Source: Selaginella moellendorffii
Taxonomy: Eukaryota > Plantae > Lycopodiophyta
DNA length: 64,000 bases
Assembly: GCF_000143415.4 (NCBI RefSeq)
Contig: NW_003314292.1
Span: 443,178 to 507,177 of the forward strand
Reading direction: 5' to 3'
Below are positions 59,698-64,000 of the stretch, piece after piece; position 1 is the first letter of the stretch, and each line of letters starts with the position of its first letter. The translations under genes were made by a program, and so were the position numbers. A model generated the notes under the pieces. The model ran no database searches, was not told where the DNA came from, and saw nothing but the letters and a program-made list of their open reading frames with translations.

Positions 59698-62600
59698 TGT
59701 TATAGTGTGTCGCAAAAGCATATATACTATTATACTAATCATCACCATTTGTCGCGAATGTGACTTCGGGTATCGAAAGTTACCTGTCGGCTAGTCCTTA
59801 CGGACACTCTTACCTTACTGCCACGATGGCAGGAGGTCGGTATTGCTGGACCCGTTATCAGTTTCCACCTAAGCTAGTTGAGAAACTGGTCATCACATGT
59901 GCACTTAGACCGGAAGGGCACTAAGGAAGGAAATCCTAAGTTGTCATTTAGTCAAGCAGACTTGACACGGTGATGAGAAACTCATGATGTTGGCTTGCAC
60001 TTGCTAGTGTTAGGAACCCCCGCGATATTGAGATTGGTCCCTCAATATCGCTACATGATAGCTTACCGTGTCTGCCAAACACCCTCGCTATCATGCCCTT
60101 AGCGTTAGTCTCAATTCGGTCCCAAATGCTATTTATGGAAAGTGTCCAAATTTGCTCATTTAGCATATCTACGGAATGTAGAGATCGGCCTGAACACAAT
60201 GGTGTTCGTCCCGTGTCCAAATTCGCAATCTAAGGACATTCCATATTTAGTAAGTTTCGAGCTTGTCCCAGAGACTAACTCCTGGTACTAAGGGAGGCTT
60301 GGGGTGAAAGCCCAAAGCGTGTGTTCCTCAAGGGGGGGGGGGCTATGGGGGGTTCCAAATGTATAGTAGGGATAGTGGGTAGGTCGGGCATGGCCGACCA
60401 ACCTGAGGCATAGTCTAGCTCCCGCTTGCGTGCCTGTCCTTGTTCTGTGTCCGGCTTGGGTCTAAGCCCAAGTTCCATTCCATGCTAGCTGGTGGAGTAC
60501 CCATATCCTCACGTTAGGCCACCGGTATGCTGAAATAGCGCCAAACTTCGTTTGGCTCCGTTTTGCGTGCTGGTCCTGGCATTGGGATGCTGGTTGCTCT
60601 AGGACTGTTCCAAGTCGCTCCGGGCCTCTGTCCCTTCGCTCCTTGGGCTATATGCTCGGGAGTTGCTCCGTGGTCCGGTTCCACCACTCCTTGGCGTCAC
60701 GCTTGGGAGTTTGGCACCGTTCCTTCGTTCAGTGGCCCAAGGCCCTGAACCTCGGGTTCCTAAGGACACGTGGCATGGACACGTGGCATGTGACACGTGG
60801 CATCTGTCACGTGGCACAAAGAGGGTTTAGGTTCCCCGTCGTGGTGTTATCCTATGGTAAATCACCATAGGATAAAGGGTCAAAACCACGTGCGCTACAT
60901 TTGGTATCAGAGAATGAGTCTCAGCGAGTACTATTCAATGAGATTGGGCAACTAGTCTCGTTGCATACGCAGAGATGAAAACGATGATCTAAGTGGGTAC
61001 ACGTTTTGGTGCAAAGGCTTCGCAATTGGTTCCTTAGGTATGGATATTGTTACCTTATTGTACCTTATGATGTGAGCTTGCGCTTGGGCTCATAGGATGG
61101 TTTGGAGATGTTCCATTTGCACGAGTTTGAGCTTGGGCTCGTGAGTGAGGCGCATGAGCAACTCGAGGTTACACTTAGAGTTGGCAGGATTAATATTAGC
61201 CTATCGGTGGTTCCATGAGTTGTTCCATGTACCATGGGTGAAAATAAACTTTCCCTGGGTTTGCTATGAGTGGCAAATAGGCTGGTCCGTAGCTGTTTAG
61301 CACGGCACTAGTGGATCCTTCCTAGGCATGATTATAATTGGATCAATCAAGACTGTAGGGAATAGTCTATTGGTTCAAGTAATCATTGCCGTGCTCTCTC
61401 ATAAACTTTTCTTGGATTGAACTGAAGGCAGTGCGAAAGCAAGCTTGAGGTTTGGTCAAAGATGAGACCGAAAAGAGAGTCATCGAGGACGGAGGATCAA
61501 ATACATAAATCATTTTCTCTTCTTGGAGAGATGATCTGCAACGAGATGTTAACTCATTGCTTGTGTTCACATCATGCAATCAAGAGTCCCTATCTTGATG
61601 CATGTTGGAGATGGTGGTCTTACAATGGTGAGTTGTAGGATGGATAGCGGTGAAGCGCTAAACCATTTTGTCTAAGCTTGCTATTGGAAGACTTGGGTTG
61701 CAATGCTCAATTCTTTTCCAGGGAACCTTGCTATTGCTCCTTGAGTAGCTTGGTGTTGGATTAGTGTTGAGTTTGGTCGGAAAGAGAGTGGCATGAGCTT
61801 GTCCGTGTTGTGAACAAAAGTTAGTGGTGTTGGGTGTCGTAAACCTCTATTGGTGGAGTGTGGCATTTATGTTGCATTTTGTCGAATCGAGTTGGCATTT
61901 GATATTCACATGAACGTTTGAAGTAATGACATAAGCCTTGCTCATTGCGTTACTCAATTGATGATCAAGTCATTGTGATTTATATCATATCCATGTGATA
62001 ATGAGCAATGTGTTTACGAAGTTGCTTGGGTAAATGATGATCAACCCCAAAGTGGTTGATGGAGAAGCTAGTCTACTTGCACGAAGTAGCATTATAGTAG
62101 CTTTGACTAGATTCTCAATGGTGGTCCATTATGCTAAGCTTATGTTGGTACCTTGTTTCCTTGAGGGTTTGCCCATAAGGTGTTAGGAATGGGTTGTAGC
62201 ATTCATTTGCTATAGCTCATCTGTTGATCCGTTAGCACTTGGAGTAGATTATTGGATGGAGAAGGTGTGAGGTTGATGCATTGACATCGCTAGCACTTGT
62301 GTTAGTGGAAGTGGCATTGTTGATTCGAGTGATGAGGAATTTTCCTTAGAGCTTAATTTTCCATGTCATTTTTCTTGTTAGTGTTTTGGCTTCACATTGG
62401 ATCTTGAAGGTGGTTAAAGAAAAGTGTTAGTGCAATGTGGATATCCGATGATGTGGTCTTTGTGATCAAGCCTTGGATGCTCATTTTGCACTTTGCGGAT
62501 GTCGGTGTTGGATATCGGAAATATGGGCAAAAAGTTGTTCGATGCTTAAGCATATTATGGATCATAAGAATCTGTGTCGAGGTGAACCTATGTGAAGTTG

Positions 62601-64000
62601 TTAGTAGGAAGAAGTTGGTTGAGTCTTGAAAGTTTGTATTCTTGGACTGAGAGTCATTCTTTCTCTGGGATGGAAAATTTTCCACAAATTTTCTTAGACT
62701 TCTCCAATGGCTGATCTGTTGGTCACTTTGCCGAAAACCATTCCATTTTCGTAAGCCAGTACAAACTAATGAAAGGGATGGAGTTGACTTAGGTTAGCTT
62801 AGACCTTAGTAGGTAGTTTGTATGATGCGACCCGAAAGGGATGCTGACTTTTGGGGCTAAGGCAATTGAGTTGGATAGAGTCTGGAGTTGGTAGAAAAGT
62901 GGCTGTTGCGCTTTTCTAAGAAAGGTGACCCTTGTGCCTTTCTTTTGTAGCGTTGTGCTTGGTGACAGTTTGCACCTTGCATTACGTTAGACTCTATGAG
63001 AGTAGTGAACTCTCACTGATCTTGACTTGGTCTTGGTGGCCCTGCACCTTGGCTGAGGATGGTGATGTCCAACTTAGTTGTTTGAGGTTGAGATGTTGGT
63101 ACCCGTACTATAGCTTTGTCTATGAGGAGGTTGTGTACCGATATGAGTCCATCTCATGGTCTTCACTTTAGTTTCGACTGAGTGTTGATCACATAGCTAG
63201 CCTCTTCAAGGCATGCTCAGAGCTATTGACTAAATGCATTAGTGAGCTTATTGCGGTTGAGTTGGATTTGAGTGGTCATTTAGTTTGTGCTTGTCTATGA
63301 ACTTTTATCTCGTACCTGGGGTATTATGTTCATGTTGGACAAGTATGTAACTCGATGACATGAGTTAGTGTTCGGGTCTTGTGAAGGCAAGTTGAAGGGC
63401 GATTGTTAGTTGCTTTGCGACTAGTGATTACTTGTAGACTTTGTCAAAAAGACCGTTGACACTTGCTTTGCTCAATGATGATTTAGCAGTGGTGGGCTTG
63501 CTTGACCGGATGGTGTTGCGGAGGATCGTGTCATTAGACATACATGGGTTTTCCATGTTGGCATGTCAATTCCTTTGTCGATATCATTTGGCTACATTTG
63601 GTCTATAGTGTTGGATTTCATTGAGTCTTGGGTGGTGATTCACTCTTGCTTTCTTCTAGCTTTGTTCTGGTGTTGATGGCATTGAAGTGATACCTTGTCA
63701 TTGATATTATTGATGTTGAGATTCAAGTGAGATGAGATGTCTATCCTTAGGATTGATATTGAGTTTCATTAGTCTTGATGAAGATAGTGTTGATGATTGG
63801 CTGTAGCTTTGTGTTGTTGGCATTCGTGCAATTGCTAGTTAGCAACTGCATTGACATTCAAACAAAGCTGAGTGGCAAGTTTGAGTTAGTTGTCTTCTAG
63901 ACAAGATTATTTAGTAGAGGGTTGAGCTTTAGCTTTTCCTTGAAAAGTGATTTAGTCGTGGACTATGCTAACTCTACGAGAAGAAGAGTTAGTGATCGAT
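59698..64000 (+). mobile_element. Second LTR retroelement (5' LTR of about 1.2 kb, left boundary approximate; degenerate internal region running off the window)
   Basis: ...GCGCTACA-TT-TGGTATCAGAG is an LTR end plus tRNA-iMet PBS at 60902-60912. There is an abrupt compositional change from the AT-rich flank near 59700. No recognisable gag/pol ORF. Confidence 0.7.
60765..60815. promoter_or_regulatory. Four tandem G-box/ABRE motifs (CACGTGGC) inside the LTR
   Basis: GACACGTGGCATG-GACACGTGGCATGT-GACACGTGGCATCTGT-CACGTGGCAC. Confidence 0.6.

Overview
This is a compact, gene-dense land-plant nuclear region with very short GT-AG introns (about 50-70 bp). The style is most consistent with the lycophyte Selaginella; this is an inference, not a database result. 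Genes in order: 5' part of a WIP-type C2H2 zinc-finger TF (-), bacterial-type PEP carboxylase (20 exons, C-terminal RNTG), three CRINKLY4-like receptor genes (one intact, two with intact ectodomain+TM but a ruined kinase), an X8-domain protein, plastid DEAD-box helicase RH58, five Ole e 1/PAC-domain Pro/His-rich wall-protein genes, a LOG2-like RING E3, PEX19, long-form tRNase Z, a PLS-class PPR with an unusual N-terminal domain, a DHHC S-acyltransferase, a U-box/ARM E3, ARF1, CCB1 and HY5. Mobile and relic DNA: a complete but decayed Ty3/Gypsy element (28037-34616; short LTRs, AATT TSD), a second LTR element running off the right edge, and a D-arm-deleted tRNA-Leu. The best novelty candidate is a small 3-exon secreted precursor at 46257-46745 carrying three tandem CC-x-KNGYG-C-x3-C modules, with a decayed paralogue about 10 kb away. 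It looks like an uncharacterised multi-module cysteine-rich peptide family.
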